From Clostridia bacterium (GTDB lineage Bacteria > Bacillota > Clostridia > Christensenellales > Aristaeellaceae): a stretch of 64,000 nucleotides of DNA. How positions within the stretch are numbered: position 1 is the stretch's first letter; each line of letters opens with the position of its first letter. Shown one piece after another: positions 27,391-35,952 of this stretch. The notes beneath the pieces are model-generated. The model searched no databases. It was not told the DNA's origin and saw nothing but the letters and a program-made list of their open reading frames with translations. The DNA is taken from the NCBI GenBank assembly GCA_017532155.1, contig JAFXJP010000048.1, forward strand, positions 231 to 64,230. Reading direction: 5' to 3'. Position numbers and translations under genes: made by a program.

Positions 27391-28536
27391 ATGCAGTATA
27401 AGCCGCTTGGAAATACGGGCATTCTTGTCAGCGAAATTGGCCTTGGCTGCGAGGGCTTCAATAACAAAGACGAAAAGGAAACGCAGGAGCTGTTTGATTA
27501 TGCCATTTCGCAGGGTGTGAACTGCATGGATCTGTACAGCCCCAAGCCTGATTTGCACCGGCGCATTGCCAGGGCGCTCAAGGGCCGCAGGGATAAATTT
27601 GTCCTGCAAGCGCATCTGTGCACGCTGTGGGACGGCGATCAGTACAAGGCCACGCGCAATCTGCAGGAAGTAAAGGATAACTTTGCCCTGATGCTGAAAA
27701 ATCTGGAGACGGATTATGTGGACGTGGGCATGATCCATTATGTGGATTCGCTGGAGCTGTGGCAGAAAATCCGCGATGAGGGCATCCTCGATTATGCAAA
27801 GGAACAGAAGGCGGCGGGGCATATCCGGCACATTGGCCTGAGCAGTCATAATCCCATTGTGGCGCTGGAGGCAATCAGGGAGGAAGCTGTGGAAGTGCTG
27901 ATGTTCTCTGTCAATCCCTGCTATGACTTGCTGCCCGGCGATGAGGACTGCGAAACGCTGTGGGCAGATGAAAGCTATGAAAAGCAGCTGCTCAACCTCG
28001 ACCCCAAACGCGAGGAATTGTATGAAACCTGCCAGCGGCTGGGCGTTGGCATCACGGTGATGAAGGCCTTTGGCGGCGGCGATCTGCTGACAGATAATTC
28101 TCCGGCCGGAAAGGCGCTCACGGTCAGCCAGTGCATCCATTATGCGCTGACGCGCCCGGCAGTCAGCACGGTGCTTTCGGGCGTGCACAGCATGGAGCAG
28201 CTCAAGGCTTCGCTGGCATATGAGACGGCTACGGAAGCCGAAAAGGATTATGCGCAGGTATTTGCCACCTTCCCCAGGATCAGCTGGGAGGGGCATTGTA
28301 TGTACTGCGGCCATTGCGCGCCGTGCGTGAAGGGGATATCGGTAGCGGATGTGACCAAATTTTTGAGCCTGTGCCGGGCGCAGGGCGAGGTGCCGGAGAC
28401 TGTGCGCGAGCATTACGCGGCGCTCAGGGCGCATGCGGGCGATTGCATCGGCTGCGGCGCATGCGAAAAGCGCTGCCCCTTCCATGTGCAGATCATTGAG
28501 AATATGCGCGCGGCAAAAGAAACCTTTGGCTATTGA
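27391..28536 (+). CDS. Aldo/keto reductase fused to a C-terminal 4Fe-4S cluster-binding module
   Basis: MQYKPLGNTGILVSEIGLGC is a typical AKR N-terminus. C-terminal CMYCGHCAPC and CIGCGACEKRCP. Confidence 0.85.
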   Translation: MQYKPLGNTGILVSEIGLGCEGFNNKDEKETQELFDYAISQGVNCMDLYSPKPDLHRRIARALKGRRDKFVLQAHLCTLWDGDQYKATRNLQEVKDNFALMLKNLETDYVDVGMIHYVDSLELWQKIRDEGILDYAKEQKAAGHIRHIGLSSHNPIVALEAIREEAVEVLMFSVNPCYDLLPGDEDCETLWADESYEKQLLNLDPKREELYETCQRLGVGITVMKAFGGGDLLTDNSPAGKALTVSQCIHYALTRPAVSTVLSGVHSMEQLKASLAYETATEAEKDYAQVFATFPRISWEGHCMYCGHCAPCVKGISVADVTKFLSLCRAQGEVPETVREHYAALRAHAGDCIGCGACEKRCPFHVQIIENMRAAKETFGY

Positions 28537-28537
28537 T

Positions 28538-28573
28538 AAAAAAACAGAGCAGATAAAGCTGCTCTGTTTTTTT
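28538..28573. terminator. Bidirectional terminator
   Basis: A7-CAGAGCAG / CTGCTCTG-T7. Confidence 0.85.
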
Positions 28574-28811
28574 ATGCGTTTGTTTTTTGAATCAGGCGCC
28601 GCACCCATAAACGAATGAGGAAAAAGACGCCGGCGATCAACAGGGTAAGCAGTCCATTGACATAAATGGCTGTGTACCATGGCGCAGAATGGAGGGCATA
28701 CAGCAGCGGGCGCGCATGATAATCGATGCACAGATACAGGCTGTGGCCGACATAGGCGCCAAGGAAGGCAAAAATGACGGCGGATAAAAGATGCTGGATT
28801 CTGCAGAGCAT
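28572..28811 (-). CDS. Small two-TM membrane protein; last gene of the CotH/two-component operon
   Basis: GGAGG lies 6 nt upstream of the ATG at 28811. 79 aa. Confidence 0.6.
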   Translation of the reverse strand: MLCRIQHLLSAVIFAFLGAYVGHSLYLCIDYHARPLLYALHSAPWYTAIYVNGLLTLLIAGVFFLIRLWVRRLIQKTNA

Positions 28812-28822
28812 AGCGTACCTCC

Positions 28823-29380
28823 TTACGGGATGCTTTGCCAGTCTGGCGCGAGCATCAGATAACGGACAAAATCAAAAGGCAGGGCGGCGGTATCGGCAAT
28901 CAGCTGAATGCTTTCATCCGTAAGGATTTTGCGGATGGACGCAATCTGTGCCGGGCCGTCCGTTTCGCTTTGCGGGTCAAGGAACAATAGCAGCACCTTG
29001 CGGGCGTCGGCGACAGAGCTGTCCAGCACGGGAGAGGAAAGAATATCCGCCCGCAGACAGTTGCCCAGCGCAATGTAATACAGATGCTTGGCTGTATCAT
29101 ATTCTACGCCGAACTCGGCACAAAAGTGCTCAAAATCGCTCTCCTGGGCAGCGCACAGCAGCGGAAGCACGGCGGAGAGTACGCGCAGATTGAGCGCGTC
29201 GTCCAGATCGGGCGTGCTGAAGTGGCCATAAAAGATCATTTGCAGCAATTGACAGCCCAGACGATTTTCTTTACAAACGGTGGATGCGGAAGGATCATCC
29301 GGCCAGTAGGGGGATTGCGCGCAGGCGGCGGCAGAAAAAAGCAGCAGCGCGCAGATCAGACATAGTATTTTTTTAAGCAT
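28823..29380 (-). CDS. Secreted or lipoprotein of unknown function, paralogous to the N-terminal domain of the 33048..33911 product
   Basis: Signal peptide MLKKILCLICALLLFSAAACA. An ungapped 78-residue stretch shares about 25 identities with the TPD-repeat protein (LRA.I, LFL, IR, LP..FV, DW). Confidence 0.75.
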   Translation of the reverse strand: MLKKILCLICALLLFSAAACAQSPYWPDDPSASTVCKENRLGCQLLQMIFYGHFSTPDLDDALNLRVLSAVLPLLCAAQESDFEHFCAEFGVEYDTAKHLYYIALGNCLRADILSSPVLDSSVADARKVLLLFLDPQSETDGPAQIASIRKILTDESIQLIADTAALPFDFVRYLMLAPDWQSIP

Positions 29381-30738
29381 TAGGCATCCTCCTTCGGTTG
29401 GGATGGGAAATGCAGGATAAAGCGGGTACCACAGCCTTCTTCGCTTTGCACGTCGATGGAAGCCTCATAGCGCGTGCACAGCGCCTTGACGATGGAAAGG
29501 CCAAGTCCTGTGCCGCCCTGTCCCATGCCGCGGCTTTCATCCACGCGGTAGAACTGTTCAAACAGATGCGGCAGATGCTTTGCGGCAATGCCGATGCCGT
29601 TATCCTCGACGACCAGGGTGTTTTCTGTCAGGGAAAGCTGAACAAAGCCGTTCTCGCGACCGTATTTGATGGCGTTGCTCATCAGATTGTACAGAATTTC
29701 CCACAGATCTTTTTCTGCGGCGAAAAGCTGCATATCGCCCTGAATGCGCAGCTCGATATGCTTTTGCGCAGCCTGTGGCTGCAGGGCGCTGATGATTTCT
29801 TCTGCAAGGAGGCGAACCTGGACGAGCTCTTTTTCAGAGGCGTTGTCTGATTCAGCGTGGCTGAGATGCAGGATATCCTCAATCACCTGCAGCATGCGCT
29901 GACACTCATTGCGGATGGCGGAAAGGCACAGCGCTGTTTCCTCGGGAGAATCGGCCATGCCTTCGTCCAGCATTTCAGCAAAGCCCATGATGGAGGTGAG
30001 CGGACTGCGCAGCTCATGCGAGGCATGGGCGACGAAATTGCGGCGCATATTGAGCGTGCGGTTGACTTCGTCCAGATCATTGTGCAGCCGGGCTGCGAGA
30101 TAAGCGATATGATCCAGCGCGGGCTTGAACTCGGGGAAGCGCGCGGAGATTTGCTGCTCGTTGCCTTCCAGCAGGCTGCGCACGTCATCCATCTGGTGTA
30201 CGAGGGTGAGGGCGAATTTTTTTAGCTGACGGCGCTGCAGGAAATACAAAATGAAGAACAGCGCGGACAGACCAAGCGCGTAGAGAAGCAGCAAATGGAT
30301 GATCTCATATAGCGGATAGGCCAGACGCAGGATCAGATTGGGGGACAAGCGTGTAGCTACATACATCGTCAGGGAAGTTTTTGTATCCGAAATGTGCAGA
30401 CTTTCGCCTGTGCCGCTTGACAGCACCTGCTGCACCTCCGGCCTGTTGGCATGGTTTTCAAGCTGCAGGGTGGAAAACTCGCTGTCTGCCAGCACAAGGC
30501 CGTGATCCATCAGAATGGTGACGCGCAGCGGCGGAGAAAGGGAAGCGATTTCTTCTGCCAGCGATTGCAGCGTATCGTTGGAATCAAATATCCATTCCTT
30601 GGCGGCATGCGACATGATATGCAGATTATGGCGTGTATCGCTCACGCGCATACCAACCATCAGTGAAATGACAAGCGACGCCATCAGCATGGTGATGAGA
30701 ACGCCCAGCCAGTAGATGCGGTGCAGCTTTTTTTTCAT
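29380..30738 (-). CDS. Sensor histidine kinase (PhoR-like; two TM segments flanking an extracytoplasmic domain)
   Basis: H-box HASHELRSPLTSI, N-box NLMSNAIKYG and G-box GTGLGLSIV. Confidence 0.9.
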   Translation of the reverse strand: MKKKLHRIYWLGVLITMLMASLVISLMVGMRVSDTRHNLHIMSHAAKEWIFDSNDTLQSLAEEIASLSPPLRVTILMDHGLVLADSEFSTLQLENHANRPEVQQVLSSGTGESLHISDTKTSLTMYVATRLSPNLILRLAYPLYEIIHLLLLYALGLSALFFILYFLQRRQLKKFALTLVHQMDDVRSLLEGNEQQISARFPEFKPALDHIAYLAARLHNDLDEVNRTLNMRRNFVAHASHELRSPLTSIMGFAEMLDEGMADSPEETALCLSAIRNECQRMLQVIEDILHLSHAESDNASEKELVQVRLLAEEIISALQPQAAQKHIELRIQGDMQLFAAEKDLWEILYNLMSNAIKYGRENGFVQLSLTENTLVVEDNGIGIAAKHLPHLFEQFYRVDESRGMGQGGTGLGLSIVKALCTRYEASIDVQSEEGCGTRFILHFPSQPKEDA

Positions 30739-31426
30739 GTGTTTTCACCTGCGATCAGGCGATAGCCCGTGCCGCGCACGGTCTGTATAAAGCGGGGAGA
30801 GGCAGCGTCATCGCCGATTTTGATGCGCAGTGTTTTGATATGCGAATCTACCGTGCGGGAGGGGTCGTCATCGCCCGGATAGCCCCATACATGATGCAAA
30901 AGCTGCCCGCGCGTGACGGTAACGCCAGGGCTGCGCGCGAGGAAGCACAGCATGTCAAATTCTTTTTGCGTCAAATCAATACGCGTGCCGGCCACGTAGG
31001 TTTCGCGGCTGTCGGGCAGCAGCGTCAGATCTCCCACGATAATTTTTCGGCTTCAGTTGGCATGCGGCGCAGCGCGGTGCGGATGCGCGCCTGCAATTCA
31101 CGCACGCTGAAGGGCTTGGTGATATAATCCTCGGCGCCCAGATCAAGCCCATGCACCTTGTCGTGTTCGGCCGCACGGGCGGAGAGGATGATAACAGGAA
31201 TTTGCTGCGTGCTTTTCCGGTCTTTCCATTCGCGCAGCACTTCAAAGCCATTTTTGGCGCGCAGCATCAGATCCAGCAGCATCAGATCGGGCGTGCTCTT
31301 ACGCAGTTCTTTTTCCATTTCGACAGCATCGAGCATATGAAACGCTGTATGTCCGTCCTTTTCGACAGCCATTTTGATCAGCAGTGCAATTTGCGGGTCA
31401 TCTTCCACAATCCAGATGTTGGCCAT
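30735..31426 (-). pseudogene. OmpR/PhoB-family response regulator split by a 1-nt frameshift
   Basis: The receiver domain (31025..31426) and the winged-helix domain (30735..31037) are in different frames. Adding one A to the A5 run (T5 at 31043-31047 on the plus strand) gives the continuous sequence ...PTEAEKIIVGDLTLLPDSRE... Confidence 0.8.
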
Positions 31427-31429
31427 GCT

Positions 31430-32983
31430 TTATTGCTCCTTTGTAACAAGAGAGTTGCACCATGCGTCCATATGCCGCAGCGCATGGGAAAAATAGGTAA
31501 GGATTTCTTCATAGGTGAGGGTATTGCCTTCGCCGCGGCCGCATTCCGGCCAGCGCACATGATCGCGGGCACGGGCGGCATAAATCGTCTGATCCAGCGA
31601 CTGTGCAAGCGAAGAGAGATTAGCGTATGAAAGGGCGCTTTCCCGGAGCGTTTGCCAGCGCTGCGCAATGGCTTGCAAAACATGCGGCTGGCCTTTCTGC
31701 ACCAGTATTTCAAAATATGCGTCCATGACGGTTCCGCCTACATAGTACTCAGTATAATTATATTCTGCAAGCTCTTTTTGATAAACGTCGCCAAGCGTAT
31801 AGTTTAAGTCCCAGGGAAGCTTATACAAAAGCGTTTGCCCGGGCAGAGAGACCGCATTCAGAAACTGATTTTTGAAATGGCTGTCGTGCGCTTGCGTAAA
31901 GGCGACAAACAAGCCGTAATCGATGGCGTTATTCAGGCTGACAGAGATGCTTGCATCCAGCGTTTCATCTGACAGCGCAGCCATATAGGCAGCGGCAGGA
32001 CGATAAAGGAGCGCGGTATCGCCGCGGAAGTCATCTCCGTTTTCTACTTCAAAAGCCATGCAGGCAGTACGATCCGGACAGGAAAGAAGCTCCTCTACAG
32101 TGGGACGCTGATTGGTGCGCACTTTATAGAGAACGTCGGTTTTTTTGCTGCCGTTCACCTGCTTGATATCCACACGCTCCTGCAGACCGTACAGCCCATG
32201 ATAGGCGCCGTTGAAAAAGACCTCAACATAACGGATACGCGAGCTTTGTGCATGGACGCCGCTGCTGTTCATCATATCCCACAGCAGATAGGCCAGCGGC
32301 TCGCGCAGCTTGGAGGCGTCGGTGTACATGGGATTGAGAATCCAGTCATCGTCTGTTCTCAGCCCTGCCAGGGAAACATGGCGATTGTCGCCAAAGCCGT
32401 CGACAAATTGCAGCCGGTAGCTTTGCTTGGGGTAAATCTTGCTGGTGTTGCCGCGCAGATTGATTTCGGCTGACAGCTTTTGCGCGCTCAGGCTGCCAGG
32501 CTGCGCTTCGTAATACAATACGGTGCAGTCTTCATCTTCTTCTCCGGGCAGTGCTTTGTCAGCTGTTGTGATGGAAAGGATGGGCAGCGCGCTGAATAAA
32601 AGCGTGGCGGAATCGGTCTGCTCACCATTGGTACCATAGAGGGTATAACCGCGCGAGCGGGCAAGCGCTTCCGCTTTATCACAGTGGGCGTCAGGGAGCA
32701 GATAATAGGAATAGCCTGCTTTGCGCACGAGGGTGAGCGAGCCGTCAAACGTGCTGCTTTGGGCGCTCTGGCTGATAAAATAGGTATCGGAGGCAGCGTC
32801 ATAGGGAAGCGGAAGCCCGTCAAGCAGCAGCTCTACCGTGCCGGTTGGCGCGGGGAGGCGACGGGCCTCTTCCTGCGTGATGACGGGAAGATCATTCAGC
32901 CCGCCAATCATGGGCAAAGAATCCGCAGATGCTGTGCCATGAAACAGCAGGCAAAACAGCAGGGTGAAAAATACAGCTTTCAT
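31430..32983 (-). CDS. Secreted CotH-family kinase-like protein
   Basis: Signal peptide MKAVFFTLLFCLLFHGTASA. CotH core NLRGNTSKIYPKQSYRLQF...WILNPMYTDASKLREPLAY...FFNGAYHGLYGLQERVD. Confidence 0.85.
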   Translation of the reverse strand: MKAVFFTLLFCLLFHGTASADSLPMIGGLNDLPVITQEEARRLPAPTGTVELLLDGLPLPYDAASDTYFISQSAQSSTFDGSLTLVRKAGYSYYLLPDAHCDKAEALARSRGYTLYGTNGEQTDSATLLFSALPILSITTADKALPGEEDEDCTVLYYEAQPGSLSAQKLSAEINLRGNTSKIYPKQSYRLQFVDGFGDNRHVSLAGLRTDDDWILNPMYTDASKLREPLAYLLWDMMNSSGVHAQSSRIRYVEVFFNGAYHGLYGLQERVDIKQVNGSKKTDVLYKVRTNQRPTVEELLSCPDRTACMAFEVENGDDFRGDTALLYRPAAAYMAALSDETLDASISVSLNNAIDYGLFVAFTQAHDSHFKNQFLNAVSLPGQTLLYKLPWDLNYTLGDVYQKELAEYNYTEYYVGGTVMDAYFEILVQKGQPHVLQAIAQRWQTLRESALSYANLSSLAQSLDQTIYAARARDHVRWPECGRGEGNTLTYEEILTYFSHALRHMDAWCNSLVTKEQ

Positions 32984-33008
32984 GCAGCCTCCGATGATAG
33001 GAAAATAT

Positions 33009-33030
33009 GCCGCGGGATATACCCCGCGGC
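33009..33030 (-). terminator. Intra-operon hairpin (possible partial terminator or attenuator) between the TPD-repeat gene and CotH
   Basis: Stem GCCGCGGG / CCCGCGGC (8 bp), followed on the minus strand by ATATTTT. Confidence 0.45.
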
Positions 33031-33047
33031 AGGAGAAGAAAGGAAGA

Positions 33048-33275
33048 TCAGGTGTTGTCGGGGGTGTTCACGTCGGGAGTATTATCGGGGGTGTTATCAG
33101 GAGTGTTCACGTCGGGGGTGTTGTCAGGCGTTTTCGCATCAGGCGTGTTGTCGGGCGTATTCGTATAGGAAACATTGGGCTTGGCGGTGGGGGTGACTAC
33201 GGAAGTGTAATCCGGCGTATTGTCAGGCGTGTTGTCCTTCGTCAGGTCGGGGGTGTTATCAGGGGTATCACCGTA
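33048..33275 (-). repeat. Coding tandem repeat (12 TPD units, mostly NTPD/NTPDV)
   Basis: Read from the translation ...DTPDNTPDLTKDNTPDNTPDY...NTPDNTPDAKTPDNTPDVNTPDNTPDNTPDVNTPDNT. Confidence 0.85.
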
Positions 33276-33911
33276 GCTCCACGCATAGTTGGCTTCGGCC
33301 GCCCAGGCGTCGTCGTTCAGATAATCGGTGTCATCCCAGTCGTCATCCATGATCATGAACTCTACAAAGGAGAGGGGCAGATCGTAATTGGAGGCGATGG
33401 TTTGCGCATGTTCCTTGGTCATGCTGGCGCGAATGGCATCGCGGGCAATGTCGGAGGTGTTCTGGCCATCGTTGTACAGGAAAAGAGAGAGGATCAGCTG
33501 AAGGTCGCGGTACTGAGCTTCCGAGGCGGGATTGACCATGATCTCGGCGCGCAGGACATTGGCCAGAGACTGGAAGTAAGTGTTGCGAACCTTTTCGACA
33601 GGCACATTGTTTTCGCCGGCATACAGGGCGATGTCAACGCTGGTGACGTCAGAGAGGCCCTTGAGAGCGGGCGCCAGATCGGCGGCAACCTGCTGGTCGG
33701 TGATGGGCTTTACATACATGCCGGCCATTGCTTCGGTGAGGTATTCGGCGCTGGTTTTGTTATCCACATAAGCGGTGTCGGACGGGGTGAGGGATTGATT
33801 GGTCAGCTTGTTGAAGGCGTCCAGCGCGCTGCTGGCGTTTGTTTTGTCGGCCAAGGCCATGCTGGTCAGCGCAAGGGTGAGGATGAGGGTGAAGATCAAA
33901 AACTTTTTCAT
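33048..33911 (-). CDS. Secreted protein with a C-terminal acidic TPD(N) tandem-repeat tail
   Basis: Trimmed from ORF 33048..34184 to the ATG at 33911 after GGAGCC. Signal peptide MKKFLIFTLILTLALTSMALA. The last ~73 residues contain 12 TPD units. Confidence 0.8.
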   Translation of the reverse strand: MKKFLIFTLILTLALTSMALADKTNASSALDAFNKLTNQSLTPSDTAYVDNKTSAEYLTEAMAGMYVKPITDQQVAADLAPALKGLSDVTSVDIALYAGENNVPVEKVRNTYFQSLANVLRAEIMVNPASEAQYRDLQLILSLFLYNDGQNTSDIARDAIRASMTKEHAQTIASNYDLPLSFVEFMIMDDDWDDTDYLNDDAWAAEANYAWSYGDTPDNTPDLTKDNTPDNTPDYTSVVTPTAKPNVSYTNTPDNTPDAKTPDNTPDVNTPDNTPDNTPDVNTPDNT

Positions 33912-34100
33912 GTAGGGCTCCTTCTCCCGCTGATGCGGGTTGTTCTCTTTTACGGTTTGGATTATAGCGGATTGCCATTTGGATGGGAATGGTTTTTGAG
34001 GAAATCTCACACAGATTTCACATTGGAATTTTCTGTATAGTATATACCCGCTGACAGAAGGATGAAACGGAACTTTTTCTTTCAGTTGGAAAGAAATGAA

Positions 34101-34129
34101 TTGCGTATCGATATGGAAGGTGTTATAAT
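34101..34129 (+). promoter_or_regulatory. Candidate promoter of the ABC exporter pair
   Basis: TTGCGT, a 17-nt spacer, then TGtTATAAT with the hexamer at 34124-34129. Confidence 0.5.
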
Positions 34130-34170
34130 ATGTACTTGTACGATTTTTGATACGAAAGGAAGATGCGGCC

Positions 34171-35952
34171 TTGATATTCGGCAAGTATATTAACGGGTAT
34201 TATAAGAAATATGCCCTCCGTCTTTTGATCGGCTTGCTGGCGCTGGGGATGGTGGACTATCTGCAGCTGGTGATTCCCAACCTTTACCAGATGGTCATCA
34301 ACGGCGTGAATGCCGGCGAGGTGGTCAAGAACGGCCAGGTATATGCATTTGATATGGATTTCCTGCTGGATCATATCTGCATGCCAATGGTGGGCATCAT
34401 CATTGCGATGGTTTTTGGACGCTTTTTGTGGCGCGTGTGCATTTTCGGCGCCGGCATCAATATGGAAAGCGACATGCGCAACAGCATGTTTGACCATTGC
34501 AAGGATCTGTCGCATCAGTATTATCAGGTGAACAAGGTAGGCAACATGATGAGCCTGTTCACCAATGACCTGGAGACGGTGCAGGAGTGCTTCGCACATG
34601 GCTTCCTGATGTTTTTTGACGCGCTGTTCCTGGGCCTTTTGTCTGTTGTAAAGATGTTCAGGATGGATCCGCTGCTGTGCGGTCTTTCGCTGATCCCCAT
34701 GGCGTTTTTGCTGGCGGCGGCGACGATCATCGGCCGCTACATGATGAAAAAGTGGGATATCCGCCAGGCGGCGTTTTCGAAATTGTCTGACTTTTCGCAG
34801 GAGAGCTTTTCCGGCATTGCGGTGATCAAGGCCTTTGTCAAAGAGGGCAAGGAGCTGATGGCCTTTCGGAAACTGAGCCAGGAAAATGAAAAGGCGAACG
34901 TGGATTACACGCGCTCGGCCGTCATGCTGCGCATTGTGGTAACGCTGTTTGTGGAGTCGGTCATCTGCGTAATTCTCGGCTACGGCGGCTATCTGGTGCA
35001 TAAAGGCACTTTCAACGCCGGTCAGCTGATGGAATTTATCGGCTACTTCAATGCCGTTGTCTGGCCCATCATGGCAGTGTCTGAGCTGATTGATATGTCC
35101 TCCCGCGGCAAGGCGTCGCTGGTGCGTATCGGCGAACTGATGGATGCCAAGCAGGATGTGCGCGACGATGAAGATGTAAAGCCGCTTGAAAATGTGCGCG
35201 GCGATATTTCCTTCCGCAATCTGTCTTTCTGCTATCCGGACGGCGAGTTTGACGCGCTGCATGATATCACCTTTGATATCAAGGCGGGCGAAAATATTGG
35301 TCTTGTGGGCAAGACGGGCTCGGGCAAGACGACGCTGGTGGATCTGATCCTGCGCACGTACAATGTGCCTGACGGTACGGTGTTCATCGATGGATACGAT
35401 GTGAACGATGTGCCCATCCACGATGTGCGCGCAGCCTGCGCCTATGTGCCGCAGGATAACTTCCTCTTCAGCGATACCATTGCCAGCAATATCGCCTTTG
35501 GCGTGGATGCGTACGACAGCGACGATATTGAAGAGGCGGCTGATCTGGCGGACGTGGACAGCAATATCCGCGAATTTGCCGACGGCTATCAGACCTTCAT
35601 GGGCGAGAGAGGCGTGACGGTATCCGGCGGCCAGAAGCAGCGCATTTCGATTGCCCGCGCGCTGATGAAGGATGCGCCCATCCTGATTCTGGATGACTCG
35701 GTATCCGCCGTTGATACCAAGACGGAAAAGCGCATCCTTGAAAATCTGCGCAAGACGCGTCAGGGACGCACGACCATTCTGATTGCGCACCGCATTTCCA
35801 CCATCGAAAAGATGGACAAGATCCTCTTTATTGATGACGGTCGTCTGGTGGCGATGGGCCCGCATGACGAGCTATATGCCAATTGCGAGGATTACCGCAA
35901 GATGGTCGATCTGCAAAAGCTGGAGGAAGAGGGGGTAGAGCACAATGCGTAA
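34171..35952 (+). CDS. ABC exporter half-transporter (TMD-NBD fusion), subunit 1
   Basis: Walker A GKTGSGKTT, signature VSGGQKQR, Walker B ILILDD. The start is uncertain: TTG at 34171 is 8 nt after GAAAGGAAG, and the ORF opens at 34147. Confidence 0.88.
   Translation: MIFGKYINGYYKKYALRLLIGLLALGMVDYLQLVIPNLYQMVINGVNAGEVVKNGQVYAFDMDFLLDHICMPMVGIIIAMVFGRFLWRVCIFGAGINMESDMRNSMFDHCKDLSHQYYQVNKVGNMMSLFTNDLETVQECFAHGFLMFFDALFLGLLSVVKMFRMDPLLCGLSLIPMAFLLAAATIIGRYMMKKWDIRQAAFSKLSDFSQESFSGIAVIKAFVKEGKELMAFRKLSQENEKANVDYTRSAVMLRIVVTLFVESVICVILGYGGYLVHKGTFNAGQLMEFIGYFNAVVWPIMAVSELIDMSSRGKASLVRIGELMDAKQDVRDDEDVKPLENVRGDISFRNLSFCYPDGEFDALHDITFDIKAGENIGLVGKTGSGKTTLVDLILRTYNVPDGTVFIDGYDVNDVPIHDVRAACAYVPQDNFLFSDTIASNIAFGVDAYDSDDIEEAADLADVDSNIREFADGYQTFMGERGVTVSGGQKQRISIARALMKDAPILILDDSVSAVDTKTEKRILENLRKTRQGRTTILIAHRISTIEKMDKILFIDDGRLVAMGPHDELYANCEDYRKMVDLQKLEEEGVEHNA

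Noticed and set aside
33912-34184. N-terminal extensions suggested by the ORF track: 33048..34184, 42162..43742, 54465..55499, 55255..56742, 333..1184, 1070..1849, 13588..14985 and 45563..48721.
   Set aside because: In each case an internal ATG or GTG with a well-spaced GGAGG-type RBS begins a canonical N-terminus (a signal peptide, a Rossmann fold, and so on). The upstream extension runs through promoter or terminator sequence.
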